Assembly: GCA_902780135.1 (NCBI GenBank)
Contig: CACZEK010000004.1
Coordinates: 7,146-71,145, forward strand
From: an uncultured bacterium
GTDB taxonomy: Bacteria > Verrucomicrobiota > Lentisphaeria > Victivallales > UBA1829
Reading direction: 5' to 3'
DNA: 64,000 nt
Every line of letters begins with the position of its first letter. The stretch's first letter is position 1. Under the pieces are notes generated by a model. That model was not told where the DNA came from. It made no database searches and saw only the letters and a list, made by a program, of their open reading frames with translations. Positions 1 through 9,065 of this stretch are shown piece by piece. Made by a program: the position numbers and the translations under genes.

Positions 1-1772
1 TCGGGGAATTTCTCCGTGTTCGCGCAGAAGACGTGCCCGATCTCGAAGAAGCCGAGGTCGTAGTTTTTGCGCGCGACGTTGTAGCGGACGGCGTCGAGCA
101 GGCAGGGGAGGAGCGAGGGGCGCATGACCGCGAGGTCGAGGCTGATCGGGTTGTTGGGGCGGATCAGGTCGGCGGGCTCGAAGATGCCGCCGCGGATGGC
201 GGAGGCTTCGCTCATCATGCTGTTGCTGACGATCTCGAAGAGGCCGACGTCGGCGAGCTCTTCGCGCAGGTGCGTGATCGGCAGGATGGCGTCGCCGTGG
301 ATGTCGGACTGCGTCGCCTTGATCGGGACGTCCGGGAGTTTGTCGAGGCCGTGGATGCGGGCGACTTCCTCGGCGAGGTCCGCCGGGCCCATGACGTCGA
401 GTTCGCGCCAGGTGGGCACGCTGAAGGACGCGCCGCTTTCGGACTGGCGGACGGTGGCGAAGCCGAGCGAGTGCAGGATGTCGTCGATGCGGCGGTTGTC
501 CACGTCCATGCCGAGCACGCTGCGGACGCGGTCGTACTTGAGGTCGATGATGCGCGTGGGCGGTTCGGGCTGCGCGACCGAGACGAGCGGGGACACCACG
601 TCGCCGCTGGCGAGTTCGCGGATGAACTGAGCGGCGCGCATGCTTGCCGGGACGATCATGGCGCGGTCGGCGCCGCGTTCGAAGCGGTAGGATGCCTCCG
701 AGGAGAGTCCGAGGCGGCGGGAGGTCGCGCGGACGGACGCCGGGTCGAACCAGGCGCTTTCGAGGACGACGTCGGTGGTGTCGCTCACGACGCCGGAGTA
801 TTCGCCGCCCATGACGCCTGCGATGGCGACCGGCTTTTCGGTGTCGGCGATGACGAGGTCTTTTTCGGTGAGGCTGTACTGTTTGCCGTCGAGCGCGGTG
901 ATGGTCTCGTTCTCCTTCGCGCGGCGGATCACGAGGCGTTCGCCCTTCAGGAACCGCATGTCGAACACGTGCAGCGGCTCGCCGAGCTCCATCATGACGA
1001 AGTTCGTGATGTCGACGATGTTGTTGATGGGGCGGATGCCGACCGCGGCGAGGGATGCCTTCAGCCACGCCGGGCTTTCGCCGACCTTCACGTTGCGGAT
1101 GACGCGCGCGGTGTACAGCGGGCAGAGGTCCGGGGCTTCGACCGTGACCAGGTTGCTCCAGTCGCCGGCGAGTTCGGTCGGGACGCTTTCGGGCGCGGGG
1201 AATTTCACGGAGCCGCCGACGAGCGCGGCGATGTCGCGCGCGACGCCCCAGTAGGAGAGCCAGTCGGGGCGGTTCGGGGTGATTTCGAGCGTGTAGACGG
1301 TGTCGGTGGGGACGTAGTCCTGGAGCGGCTTGCCGAGCTCGAAGGTGCCGGGGAGCAGCATGAGGCCCTTGTGGTCCTCGCTGAGCCCGAGCTCCTTTGC
1401 GGAGCACATCATGCCGAAGGATTCCACGCCGCGGATCTTGCCCTTCTTGATCGTGAAGGTGCCGCCTTCGCCGTCCGGGAAGACGGTGCCGATGGTGGCG
1501 AGCGGGACGATGTTTCCGGTGTCGCAGTTCGGCGCGCCGCAGACGATCTGGAGCGTTTCCGTGCCGGTGAAGACTTCGCAGATGGAGAGGTGGTCGGAGT
1601 TCTCGTGCTTGCGGCGGGAGATGATCTTCGCGACGATCACGCCGTCCGGGATCTTGCCGACGGTTTCGATCTCCTCGACCTCAAGGCCCGCCATGGTGAG
1701 CGCGTTGGCGAGTTCCTCCGGGGAAAGGGTGACGTCGATGTAGTGTTTCAGTCTAAACAGGGAAAGTTTCAT
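1..1772 (-). CDS. pheT: Phenylalanyl-tRNA synthetase beta subunit (3'-partial, runs off window edge)
   Basis: Own translation of the minus strand from ATG at 1772: MKLSLFRLKHYIDVTLSPEELANALTMAGLEVEEIE..KIISRRKHENSDHLSICEVFTG (tRNA-binding OB region). Lies 16 nt downstream of pheS. Absent from the ORF track because there is no stop inside the window. The 33..1856 + ORF is its antisense artefact. Confidence 0.9.
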   Translation of the reverse strand, partial: MKLSLFRLKHYIDVTLSPEELANALTMAGLEVEEIETVGKIPDGVIVAKIISRRKHENSDHLSICEVFTGTETLQIVCGAPNCDTGNIVPLATIGTVFPDGEGGTFTIKKGKIRGVESFGMMCSAKELGLSEDHKGLMLLPGTFELGKPLQDYVPTDTVYTLEITPNRPDWLSYWGVARDIAALVGGSVKFPAPESVPTELAGDWSNLVTVEAPDLCPLYTARVIRNVKVGESPAWLKASLAAVGIRPINNIVDITNFVMMELGEPLHVFDMRFLKGERLVIRRAKENETITALDGKQYSLTEKDLVIADTEKPVAIAGVMGGEYSGVVSDTTDVVLESAWFDPASVRATSRRLGLSSEASYRFERGADRAMIVPASMRAAQFIRELASGDVVSPLVSVAQPEPPTRIIDLKYDRVRSVLGMDVDNRRIDDILHSLGFATVRQSESGASFSVPTWRELDVMGPADLAEEVARIHGLDKLPDVPIKATQSDIHGDAILPITHLREELADVGLFEIVSNSMMSEASAIRGGIFEPADLIRPNNPISLDLAVMRPSLLPCLLDAVRYNVARKNYDLGFFEIGHVFCANTEKFP

Positions 1773-1787
1773 GTCAGCCGTCCTTTC

Positions 1788-2810
1788 TCAGAACTGTTTG
1801 AGGAACCGCAGATCGTTGTCCGAGAAGATGCGCAGATCGTTGATGCGGTGCTTTAACATGGTGAGGCGTTCCAGCCCGAATCCGAAGGCGAAGCCCTGGA
1901 CCTCATCAGGGTTGTATCCGACGTTGCGGAGCACGGCGGGATTCACCATGCCCGCGCCCATGATCTCGATCCAGCCGGAGTTCTTGCAGACGCGGCAGCC
2001 CTTGCCGCCGCACATGACGCAGCTGAAATCGCATTCGACGCTGGGCTCCGTGAACGGGAAGAAGTGGGGGCGCATGCGGATCTGGACGTCCTTGCCGAAG
2101 AATTCCTTCGCGAACTTGAGGATGGTGCTGCGGAGGTCGGCGAGGGAGACGTCCTTGTCGATGTAGAGGCCCTCGAGCTGGTGGAAATGCACGCCGTGGG
2201 TGGCGTCCGGGGTGTCGCGGCGGTAGCAGCGGCCGGGGGAGACGATGCGCACGGGGGGCTTGGCGCCGAGCATGGTGCGGATCTGGACCGGGGAAGTCTG
2301 CGTGCGGAGGAGGCGTCCGTCGGGGAGGTAGAAGGTGTCCTGCGGGTCGCGCGAGGGATGGTTCGCGGGCGCGTTGAGGGCGTCGAAATTGTACCAGACG
2401 GTCTCGAGTTCGGGGCCGGTGACGGCGATGAAGCCCATGCGCCGGAAGATGGAGCAGCAGGCGTCGATGGTCTGGCTGATCGGGTGCTTGCGTCCCATGG
2501 GCCAGGCGCGGCCGGGGAGCGTGACGTCGACCGCCGGGGCTTCTTCGGCCTTTTTCTCGTTGATGCGGGCGTTTGCCTCGTTGAGGGCGGCCTGGATGCC
2601 CTGTTTTGCCTCGTTGAACGCCATGCCTGCGGCGCGCTTGTCTTCGGCCGGCAGTTTTCCCATCATCGGGCTGAGGGCGGTAATGGCGCCGTTTCGGCCC
2701 AGCGTGCGGTTTTTGACTGCCTCGACGTCGGCCGGAGTCGAGGCTGCGGACAGAGCCGTTTTCGCATCGGCAGTGATTGCCTGAAGCTTTTGCAGCAGTT
2801 CTTCCAGCAT
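1788..2810 (-). CDS. pheS: Phenylalanyl-tRNA synthetase alpha subunit
   Basis: 340 aa. Class II aaRS motifs (FFPFTEPSVECDF, GAGMVNP..GFAFGFGLERL). AAGGAG SD 8 nt upstream of ATG. Confidence 0.96.
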   Translation of the reverse strand: MLEELLQKLQAITADAKTALSAASTPADVEAVKNRTLGRNGAITALSPMMGKLPAEDKRAAGMAFNEAKQGIQAALNEANARINEKKAEEAPAVDVTLPGRAWPMGRKHPISQTIDACCSIFRRMGFIAVTGPELETVWYNFDALNAPANHPSRDPQDTFYLPDGRLLRTQTSPVQIRTMLGAKPPVRIVSPGRCYRRDTPDATHGVHFHQLEGLYIDKDVSLADLRSTILKFAKEFFGKDVQIRMRPHFFPFTEPSVECDFSCVMCGGKGCRVCKNSGWIEIMGAGMVNPAVLRNVGYNPDEVQGFAFGFGLERLTMLKHRINDLRIFSDNDLRFLKQF

Positions 2811-2837
2811 GTTGAAAACTCCTTAAAGGAAACTTGG

Positions 2838-2878
2838 AAAAAGAAAAACGCGGGTCTGCCGGGAGGCGGCAGCCCGCG
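2838..2878 (-). terminator. Intrinsic terminator/attenuator-like hairpin between rplT and pheS
   Basis: Minus strand reads GCGGGCUGCCGCCUCCCGGCAGACCCGC followed by GUUUUUCUUUUU. It is preceded by a second hairpin, GGACGCC..GGCGUCC. Confidence 0.65.
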
Positions 2879-2940
2879 AATCGCAGATAGTCTGTCTGGG
2901 GGGACGCCCGGCGCAGGGCAGGGCGTCCGGATCGAGTTCG

Positions 2941-3291
2941 TCAGCAGGCGGCCTTTGCCTTTTCGAGCAGGGCCGTAAATGCCGCGGGATCCTTGACTGC
3001 GAGGTCGGCGAGAACCTTGCGGTTCAGGTCGATGTTCGCCTTCTTGAGTCCGTCGATGAACTTGCTGTAGGTCATGCCCTGGGCGCGGCAGGCGGCGTTG
3101 ATACGCACCGTCCAGAGGCGGCGGTACTGGCGCTTTTTCTGCTTGCGTCCTTCGTAGGCGTGGACGTTCGCTTTGTCGACGGCATCGTAAGCTGTGCGGA
3201 TGCGCTTGGAGCTGGCACCGTAGAAACCTTTTGCACGCTCAAGGACGCGTTTGCGGCGTTTTCTCGAATAAACAGCGCAAGTAACTCTCAT
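2941..3291 (-). CDS. rplT: 50S ribosomal protein L20
   Basis: 116 aa, [27 protein letters not shown], typical L20. Downstream of rpmI. Confidence 0.96.
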   Translation of the reverse strand: MRVTCAVYSRKRRKRVLERAKGFYGASSKRIRTAYDAVDKANVHAYEGRKQKKRQYRRLWTVRINAACRAQGMTYSKFIDGLKKANIDLNRKVLADLAVKDPAAFTALLEKAKAAC

Positions 3292-3315
3292 GATGATTTC
3301 TCCTGTTTTTCAAGC

Positions 3316-3513
3316 TCAGCCGTAGGGCAGGGCCTTTTTGATTCTCTGTGCGTGGGCGGCGTCGAGCAGACCGGCGTTGCGTTTCTGGCGCTTGTTCTTT
3401 CCGGACTTGTTCGTCATGAGGTGGCGGCGACCGGGCTTCGTGAACTTGTAGCCGCCGGAGGCGGTGCGTTTCACGCGCTTGGCGATACTCTTGCGAGTTT
3501 TCATTTTCGGCAT
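3316..3513 (-). CDS. rpmI: 50S ribosomal protein L35
   Basis: 65 aa, MPKMKTRKSIAKRVKRTASGGYKFTKPGRRHL, typical L35. Confidence 0.95.
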   Translation of the reverse strand: MPKMKTRKSIAKRVKRTASGGYKFTKPGRRHLMTNKSGKNKRQKRNAGLLDAAHAQRIKKALPYG

Positions 3514-3590
3514 CGTTTTGTCTCCTTATGTTAGAGGTTGGTCTCGACCGGGCAGGCAGACGCCATCAGCCTTGTCCGGCGGTTTTTGTA

Positions 3591-4103
3591 TCAGCCCTTC
3601 GGGTTGAAGGACATGTTGATGTTCTTTCCGAGCAGCTTCGCCGGCGCGTCCACGACGGCGACTTCCGCGAGGTCTTCCGTAATCCTTGTCACGAGTTCGA
3701 ATCCCATTTCCGGGTGCGAGAGTTCGCGGCCCTTGAACGTGATCGTCACGCGCAGCTTGTTCCCTTCGCCCAGGAACTCCTTCGCATGGTTGAGTTTCAC
3801 CTCGTAGTCATGCGTGTCGATGTGAAGGCGGAACTTGATCTCCTTCACCTTCTGGGCCTGCTGGTTCTTCTTCTGCTCCTTCAGCTTCTTCTTCTGTTCG
3901 TACAGGAGCTTCCCGAAGTCCATGATGCGGCAGACGGGCGGGTTGCTGTTTTCCGACACGAGCACGAGGTCCAGATGCGCGTTCTGCGCCGCCTGGCAGG
4001 CGGCCGCGAGTTTCATGACGCCCAGCTGTTCTCCGCCGGCCCCGATGACGAGCAGGGGCTTGTCGGAATACGCACGGTCATTGCTTTTCAGTAGCTTGGC
4101 GAT
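3591..4103 (-). CDS. infC: Translation initiation factor IF-3 (start placed at an in-frame ATC; the longest ORF extends to ATG 4163)
   Basis: IF3 N- and C-domain sequence (GEQLGVM..LDLVLVS..PPVCRIMDFGK..IKFRLHIDTHDY..). GGAGGG lies 8 nt upstream of ATC at 4103. The ATG at 4163 has no comparable SD and would add 20 atypical residues. Confidence 0.85.
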   Translation of the reverse strand: MAKLLKSNDRAYSDKPLLVIGAGGEQLGVMKLAAACQAAQNAHLDLVLVSENSNPPVCRIMDFGKLLYEQKKKLKEQKKNQQAQKVKEIKFRLHIDTHDYEVKLNHAKEFLGEGNKLRVTITFKGRELSHPEMGFELVTRITEDLAEVAVVDAPAKLLGKNINMSFNPKG

Positions 4104-4182
4104 AGTAAACGCCCTCCATGTGAGATGATATCGGTTGCTTCCGCCACGGCGGCGAAAGCGCATAAACCTATACTATAGCACG

Positions 4183-5910
4183 TCAAAGCTTATTTTCAAG
4201 CTCCGATTGCAATTTTTTGATGAAAGTTTCCAGATCCATGGCGCCGAGCTGGTCCTCTCTGCGGGAGCGGACCGCCATCGTGCCTTCGGACTGTTCCTTC
4301 TCGCCGATGACCGCCATGAACGGGATGCGCTGCAGGCGGGCGTCCTTGATCTTGGCGCCCATGCTCTCGGAGCGGACGTCGCACAGGACCTGGAATCCCG
4401 CCTTGCGGAGGCCGTCGGCGACCTTCTGCGCGTATTCGTGCTGCTTTTCGGTGATCGGGATCACGCAGACCTGCGTCGGGGCGAGCCACAGCGGGAACGC
4501 GCCCGCGTAGTGCTCGACCAGGATGCCGAAGAAGCGTTCCAGCGAGCCGAAGAGCGCGCGGTGGACCATGTAGGGCTGGTGAAGCGCGCCGTCCGCGCCG
4601 ACGTACGTGATGCCGAAGCGTTCCGGCAGGTTGAAGTCGAACTGGATCGTGGAGGTCTGCCATTCGCGTCCGATCGCGTCCTTGATCTTGAGGTCGATCT
4701 TCGGACCGTAGAACGCGCCGCCGCCCTCGTCCACTTCGTATTCGAGGCCGCAGCCTTCGATCGCCTGGACGAGCGACTTCTGCGCCTGTTCCCAGCGGGC
4801 GGGATCGCCGACCGCCTTGGCGGGACGGGTGGAGAGGTACGCCTTGATCTCCGGGAATCCGAAGGTCTTCCAGATGTAGAGGCAGAATTCGAGGACTTCC
4901 CTGATCTCGCTTTCGATCTGCTCCGGGGTGCAGATGATGTGCGCGTCGTCCTGCGTGAAGCCGCGGACGCGCATCAGGCCGTGGAGCACGCCGCTCTTCT
5001 CGTAGCGGTACACGGTGCCGAGTTCCGCCCAGCGGCAGGGGAGTTCGCGGTAGGAGCGCACGCGGCTCTTGTAGATCTCGATGTGGAACGGGCAGTTCAT
5101 GGGCTTGGCGTAGTAGTCGAACTCGTCGATCTGCATCGGGGAGTACATGCTCTCCTTGTAGAATCCGAGGTGGCCGCTGGTCTCCCAGAGCTGGCTGCGT
5201 CCGATGTGCGGCGTGTACAGCAGGTCGTAGCCGTGCGCCAGGTGCTCCTTGCGCCAGAACGTCTCGATGACGTTGCGGATGTAGGCTCCCTTCGGGTGCC
5301 ACAGCACGAGGCCGGGGCCGACCATTTCGGAGATGCTGAAGAGGTCGAGCTCCCTGCCGAGGCGGCGGTGGTCGCGCTTCTTGGCTTCCTCGATGCGCTG
5401 CAGATACGCCTTGAGTTCCTTCTTGTCGGCGAACGCGGTGCCGTAGATGCGCTGGAGCATCGGGTTCTTCTCGTCGCCGCGGTAGTAGGAACCGGCGACG
5501 GAGAGCAGCTTGAACGCGCCGATCTCGTTGGTGTTGGAGACGTGCGGGCCGCGGCAGAGGTCGGTGAAGTTTCCGCAGATGTAGAACGTGATCTCGCTGT
5601 CGTCCGGGATGTCGGCGAGGCGTTCGAGCTTGTAGTTCTGGCCGCGTCCGGCGAGGAACGCATGGGCGTCTTCGCGGGTCATGACCTTGCGTTCGAACGG
5701 GAGATGCGCCTTTGCGATCTCCTCCATCTTCGCTTCGATCTTCGCCAGGTCGTCGGCGGTGAGGCGCGTTTCCAGGTCGAAGTCGTAGTAGAAGCCGTCC
5801 TCGGTCGACGGACCGATGTCGAATTTAGCGTTCGGGTAGAGTTCCTGCACCGCCGCCGCCATCACGTGGGCCGCGCTGTGCCGAATGGTTTCCAACGGGT
5901 ATTTTCCCAT
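4183..5910 (-). CDS. thrS: Threonyl-tRNA synthetase (no N-terminal TGS domain)
   Basis: Starts MGKYPLETIRHSAAHVMAAAV (editing-domain His motif) with GAGGAAA SD. Class II core (FRDEL-like YRELPCRWAELGTVYRYE, RGFTQDDAHI) and an anticodon-binding tail. The ORF track extends to 6072, but that extension shows no TGS-like sequence. Confidence 0.93.
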   Translation of the reverse strand: MGKYPLETIRHSAAHVMAAAVQELYPNAKFDIGPSTEDGFYYDFDLETRLTADDLAKIEAKMEEIAKAHLPFERKVMTREDAHAFLAGRGQNYKLERLADIPDDSEITFYICGNFTDLCRGPHVSNTNEIGAFKLLSVAGSYYRGDEKNPMLQRIYGTAFADKKELKAYLQRIEEAKKRDHRRLGRELDLFSISEMVGPGLVLWHPKGAYIRNVIETFWRKEHLAHGYDLLYTPHIGRSQLWETSGHLGFYKESMYSPMQIDEFDYYAKPMNCPFHIEIYKSRVRSYRELPCRWAELGTVYRYEKSGVLHGLMRVRGFTQDDAHIICTPEQIESEIREVLEFCLYIWKTFGFPEIKAYLSTRPAKAVGDPARWEQAQKSLVQAIEGCGLEYEVDEGGGAFYGPKIDLKIKDAIGREWQTSTIQFDFNLPERFGITYVGADGALHQPYMVHRALFGSLERFFGILVEHYAGAFPLWLAPTQVCVIPITEKQHEYAQKVADGLRKAGFQVLCDVRSESMGAKIKDARLQRIPFMAVIGEKEQSEGTMAVRSRREDQLGAMDLETFIKKLQSELENKL

Positions 5911-5961
5911 TTGAGTTTCCTCGTCGATATGTGATTGTGAATAAAAAGCATGATTCCTTTT

Positions 5962-5989
5962 AATATACACGCATCCGGGCGAAATGCAA
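5962..5989 (-). promoter_or_regulatory. Candidate sigma70-type promoter of thrS operon
   Basis: Minus strand TTGCAT-N16-TATATT(A), about 50 nt upstream of the thrS ATG. Confidence 0.5.
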
Positions 5990-6051
5990 GCCCGCGCCGT
6001 CCGATACCGCGGCATTTCTTCTCTTTTTGCGGCGGATTCCGTCTTTCCCGC

Positions 6052-6080
6052 TTGATTTTTCGCCGTTTGCATATCATATT
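6052..6080 (+). promoter_or_regulatory. Candidate promoter of ankyrin-repeat gene
   Basis: TTGATT-N17-CATATT, 29 nt upstream of ATG 6109. Confidence 0.4.
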
Positions 6081-6108
6081 ATTTCCAAGCTTTTTCAGGA
6101 GATCCGAC

Positions 6109-7770
6109 ATGACCAGACGTTCCTGCCTCCGCATTCTTTCCGCATTGACCGGCGCGGCGCTTGCCGTCCTGCCGTCCGTTCTCCATGCCCAGGTGATCAA
6201 GCGCAGCCCGCTGAACGGCGCGTCCCTGGGCGGGCTTTCCGCCGGAACGGTTACGAATCTCCCCGTCATCCGGACCGAGGACGCCGCCTATGCGGAGATC
6301 GTGGCCGCCGTCCGGCGCGGCGCGCCGTCGCTGCTGGAACGCGTCCTGCAGAACTACGCGCATTCGCCGCGGTTTCTGGACGAGCACCTGAACTACTACG
6401 AAACGCCGGTCATTTTCTACGCGGTTTCCGAAGCCAAGCTCGAGCACTGCAAGCTCCTGATCCAGTACGGCAGCATCGTGAATTACCAGCTCACGGACAC
6501 GCAGTTCCGCAAGTTCCAGAAGGGCGTCACCCGGAAACTGGATTACAAACAGACGGTCAAGGGGGCCTGCACGCCGCTCGCCTACGCCTGCCATCTCCCC
6601 GTCCTTTCCAATTCGCAGAAACGCGACGCGCTGGCGGTCATGAAGCTCCTGATCGACAGCGGCGCGGACTGCAATCTGCCCGGATTCGAGGGCAAGCCGC
6701 CCGTCCAGATCCTGGGCGAACAGGACCGCATCGAGGAGCTGAAATTCGTGTTGTCCTACAAGACGGTCGAATTCAAGTCGCCGGTCCTGGAGGAGTATAT
6801 GCAGACGCACAAGGAGGACGAGGCGGTCAGGATCCTGGCCGCGTACCGGCTCGAACGCGAGGCGGAACTCGCGAAAAACGCCGCCTCGGCCGCGAAAAAC
6901 GCGAAGAAGCCGCCCTACACGGGGAAGCCGACGCTGTCCTTCGACAAGGCGGTCCTCACAAACAACACCTCCGAGATCCTGAAGCACCTCGGCGCGATGA
7001 AGGACGTCGACGACCCGCTGCCCGGCGACGACAACAAACTCGAACAGACCCCGCTGATCCGCGCCGTCGTGCTGGAACGCCCCGCCGCCGTGCGGCTGGT
7101 CCTGGACGCCGGAGCTGACGTGAACAAGGCCGACGGAACGACCTGCAATCCGCTGGTCTGCGCGGAGATGAAGGGCCTCGACGAGATCGCCGCCATGCTG
7201 AAGGAGGCGGGGGCGAAACTCCCCGTCTGCGCCGACATGGAGGAGGCCGCCAAACAGGACCGTCCCGACGAACTCGACCGTCTGTACAAGGAAGCCGTCG
7301 CGAAAAAGGTCAGGACCGCCCCTCTGCTTGCTCAGGCGATGATCGCCGCGGTCGGGCTGGAGCGCGGCCGCGCCTTCGCGAAGTGCATCAGGCTCGGCGG
7401 CAATCCGAACCAGATCAAAGTCAATAAGCAGGTCCCGCTCGTGTTCCACCTGATCGACAAAAACCTCGACGCGTTCCTGCTGTCCTGCAAAGACGCCTCG
7501 ACCCCGCTCGACCTGAAGGTCCGGCATCCGCTCGTCAAGCTCCCGCCCCTGCTGTACGCCGCGAACGGCGCGAAGACGAAGCCCGAGGTCATCCAGGCGC
7601 TCGTCAAGCTCGGCGCCAGCCCGAATTCCAAAGGCGCGAAGAACAAGACCGCGCTGATGTATGCCGCCGAGTCGGGCAACGCCGCCGTCGTGAACGCCCT
7701 GCTGAAGCTCGGCGCGGACCCGAAAGCCGTCGACTCCGACGGGAAGACGTATCAGGACTACGAACCGTAA
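6109..7770 (+). CDS. Secreted ankyrin-repeat protein
   Basis: Signal peptide MTRRSCLRILSALTGAALAVLPSVLHAQV. Multiple ANK-like repeats (TPLIRAVVLERPAAVRLVLDAGADVNKAD; TALMYAAESGNAAVVNALLKLGADPKAVD). Confidence 0.8.
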   Translation: MTRRSCLRILSALTGAALAVLPSVLHAQVIKRSPLNGASLGGLSAGTVTNLPVIRTEDAAYAEIVAAVRRGAPSLLERVLQNYAHSPRFLDEHLNYYETPVIFYAVSEAKLEHCKLLIQYGSIVNYQLTDTQFRKFQKGVTRKLDYKQTVKGACTPLAYACHLPVLSNSQKRDALAVMKLLIDSGADCNLPGFEGKPPVQILGEQDRIEELKFVLSYKTVEFKSPVLEEYMQTHKEDEAVRILAAYRLEREAELAKNAASAAKNAKKPPYTGKPTLSFDKAVLTNNTSEILKHLGAMKDVDDPLPGDDNKLEQTPLIRAVVLERPAAVRLVLDAGADVNKADGTTCNPLVCAEMKGLDEIAAMLKEAGAKLPVCADMEEAAKQDRPDELDRLYKEAVAKKVRTAPLLAQAMIAAVGLERGRAFAKCIRLGGNPNQIKVNKQVPLVFHLIDKNLDAFLLSCKDASTPLDLKVRHPLVKLPPLLYAANGAKTKPEVIQALVKLGASPNSKGAKNKTALMYAAESGNAAVVNALLKLGADPKAVDSDGKTYQDYEP

Positions 7771-7935
7771 TCCGTCCGATTCCGTCTCCCGCGTGCATCT
7801 TAAACAAACTTAAAGGCGTCAGTCCGGGACCGGAAACCCGGTTCCGCGCCTTGCCCGGATGCGGGCGGACGGATGCGTTTCAGGCAGGAAAGAGCATCCT
7901 GTATTCCGATAATCTATAAAAAAGCGGAAGGGCGC

Positions 7936-7963
7936 TTGCATTTTCCGTCTTCCGGTGTATATT
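7936..7963 (+). promoter_or_regulatory. Candidate promoter of rpsB-tsf
   Basis: TTGCAT-N16-TATATT. Implies a leader of about 165 nt. Confidence 0.5.
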
Positions 7964-8133
7964 ATATGCTACGTTTTCTCAACGCATCCGGGCCGGCCGT
8001 ATGCCGGTTCCCCCCGCACCCAACCAACCCCGCGGGCGGATGCGCACAACTGAACAAGAAGGTATCTTGCTCCGCGCCAACCGACAACAACCGCGGAGGA
8101 AAAGAGCCGGAACGAAGAAAGGCGGATGGAATT

Positions 8134-9063
8134 ATGGCCATCTCTGTCAAAGACCTGTTGGAAGCCGGGTGCCATTTCGGGCATCAGACGAAGCGCTGGA
8201 ACCCCAAGATGAAAGATTACGTCTACGGGGCGAAGAACGGTATCTCGATCATCGACCTCACCAAAACCATCCGCCAGATCGGCGACGCCTGCAATTTCCT
8301 GCAGCGTGAAGTCATGAAGGGATCCCGCATCCTGTTCGTCGGCACGAAGCGCCAGGCGCAGCAGGTCGTCCGCAACGCCGCGGAAGAAACCGAAATGTTC
8401 TACATGTCCGAACGCTGGATGGGCGGCACGCTCACCAACATCGAAACGATCCGCAAGTCCGTGAAGAAGATGCGCGAGATCGACGACATCGTGAACGACG
8501 AGGAAAACTCCAACCTCAAGAAGAAAGAGATCGTCCGCCTGGCGCGCCAGGGCGTCAAGCTGCACCGCAACCTCGACGGCATCGCCGACATGAAGCGCCT
8601 GCCCGACGTGGTCGTGGTCGTCGACGTCTGCCACGACGAGACCGCCGTGAAGGAAGCCCAGAAGCTCAACATCCCGATCATCGCCATCGTCGATACCAAC
8701 GGCAATCCTGAAAACATCGCTTACCCGGTCGCCGCCAACGACGACGCCGTGAAGTCCATCAAGATCATCATGGACACCTTCGTCGCCGCCATCAACGACG
8801 CCCTCGGACTCTACAAGGTCAAAGTCGCCGAAGACAAGGCGAAGGCCGAAGCCGAACGCGCCGAGAAGAAGGGCGCCGATGACAAGGCGGCAAAGAGCGA
8901 CGAGCGTCCCGCCCGCCGTCCGTCCCGCCGCCCCGCGGCCCGCAAGGATGCCGCTGCCGCCGACGGCGAGAAGAAGGCCGCTCCGCGCCGCAAGGCTCCC
9001 GCCAAGGAAGTCAAAGACCTGTCCGAACTCAAGAAATCCGATGTGAAACCCGAGGAGAAATAA
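8134..9063 (+). CDS. rpsB: 30S ribosomal protein S2 with Lys/Ala-rich C-terminal extension
   Basis: MAISVKDLLEAGCHFGHQTKRWNPKM, the canonical S2 N-terminus. About 80 aa K/A/E/R-rich tail. Confidence 0.95.
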   Translation: MAISVKDLLEAGCHFGHQTKRWNPKMKDYVYGAKNGISIIDLTKTIRQIGDACNFLQREVMKGSRILFVGTKRQAQQVVRNAAEETEMFYMSERWMGGTLTNIETIRKSVKKMREIDDIVNDEENSNLKKKEIVRLARQGVKLHRNLDGIADMKRLPDVVVVVDVCHDETAVKEAQKLNIPIIAIVDTNGNPENIAYPVAANDDAVKSIKIIMDTFVAAINDALGLYKVKVAEDKAKAEAERAEKKGADDKAAKSDERPARRPSRRPAARKDAAAADGEKKAAPRRKAPAKEVKDLSELKKSDVKPEEK

Positions 9064-9065
9064 TC

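Noticed and set aside
33-1856. 607-aa plus-strand ORF at the window start.
   Set aside because: It is the antisense of pheT, whose minus-strand translation has clear PheRS-beta sequence directly downstream of pheS.
5911-6108. N-terminal extensions of thrS (to 6072) and of the ankyrin gene (from 5950) suggested by the ORF track, which would overlap each other.
   Set aside because: Both extensions cross the divergent promoter region and lack SDs. The internal starts have a good SD (thrS) or begin exactly at a signal peptide (ankyrin gene).
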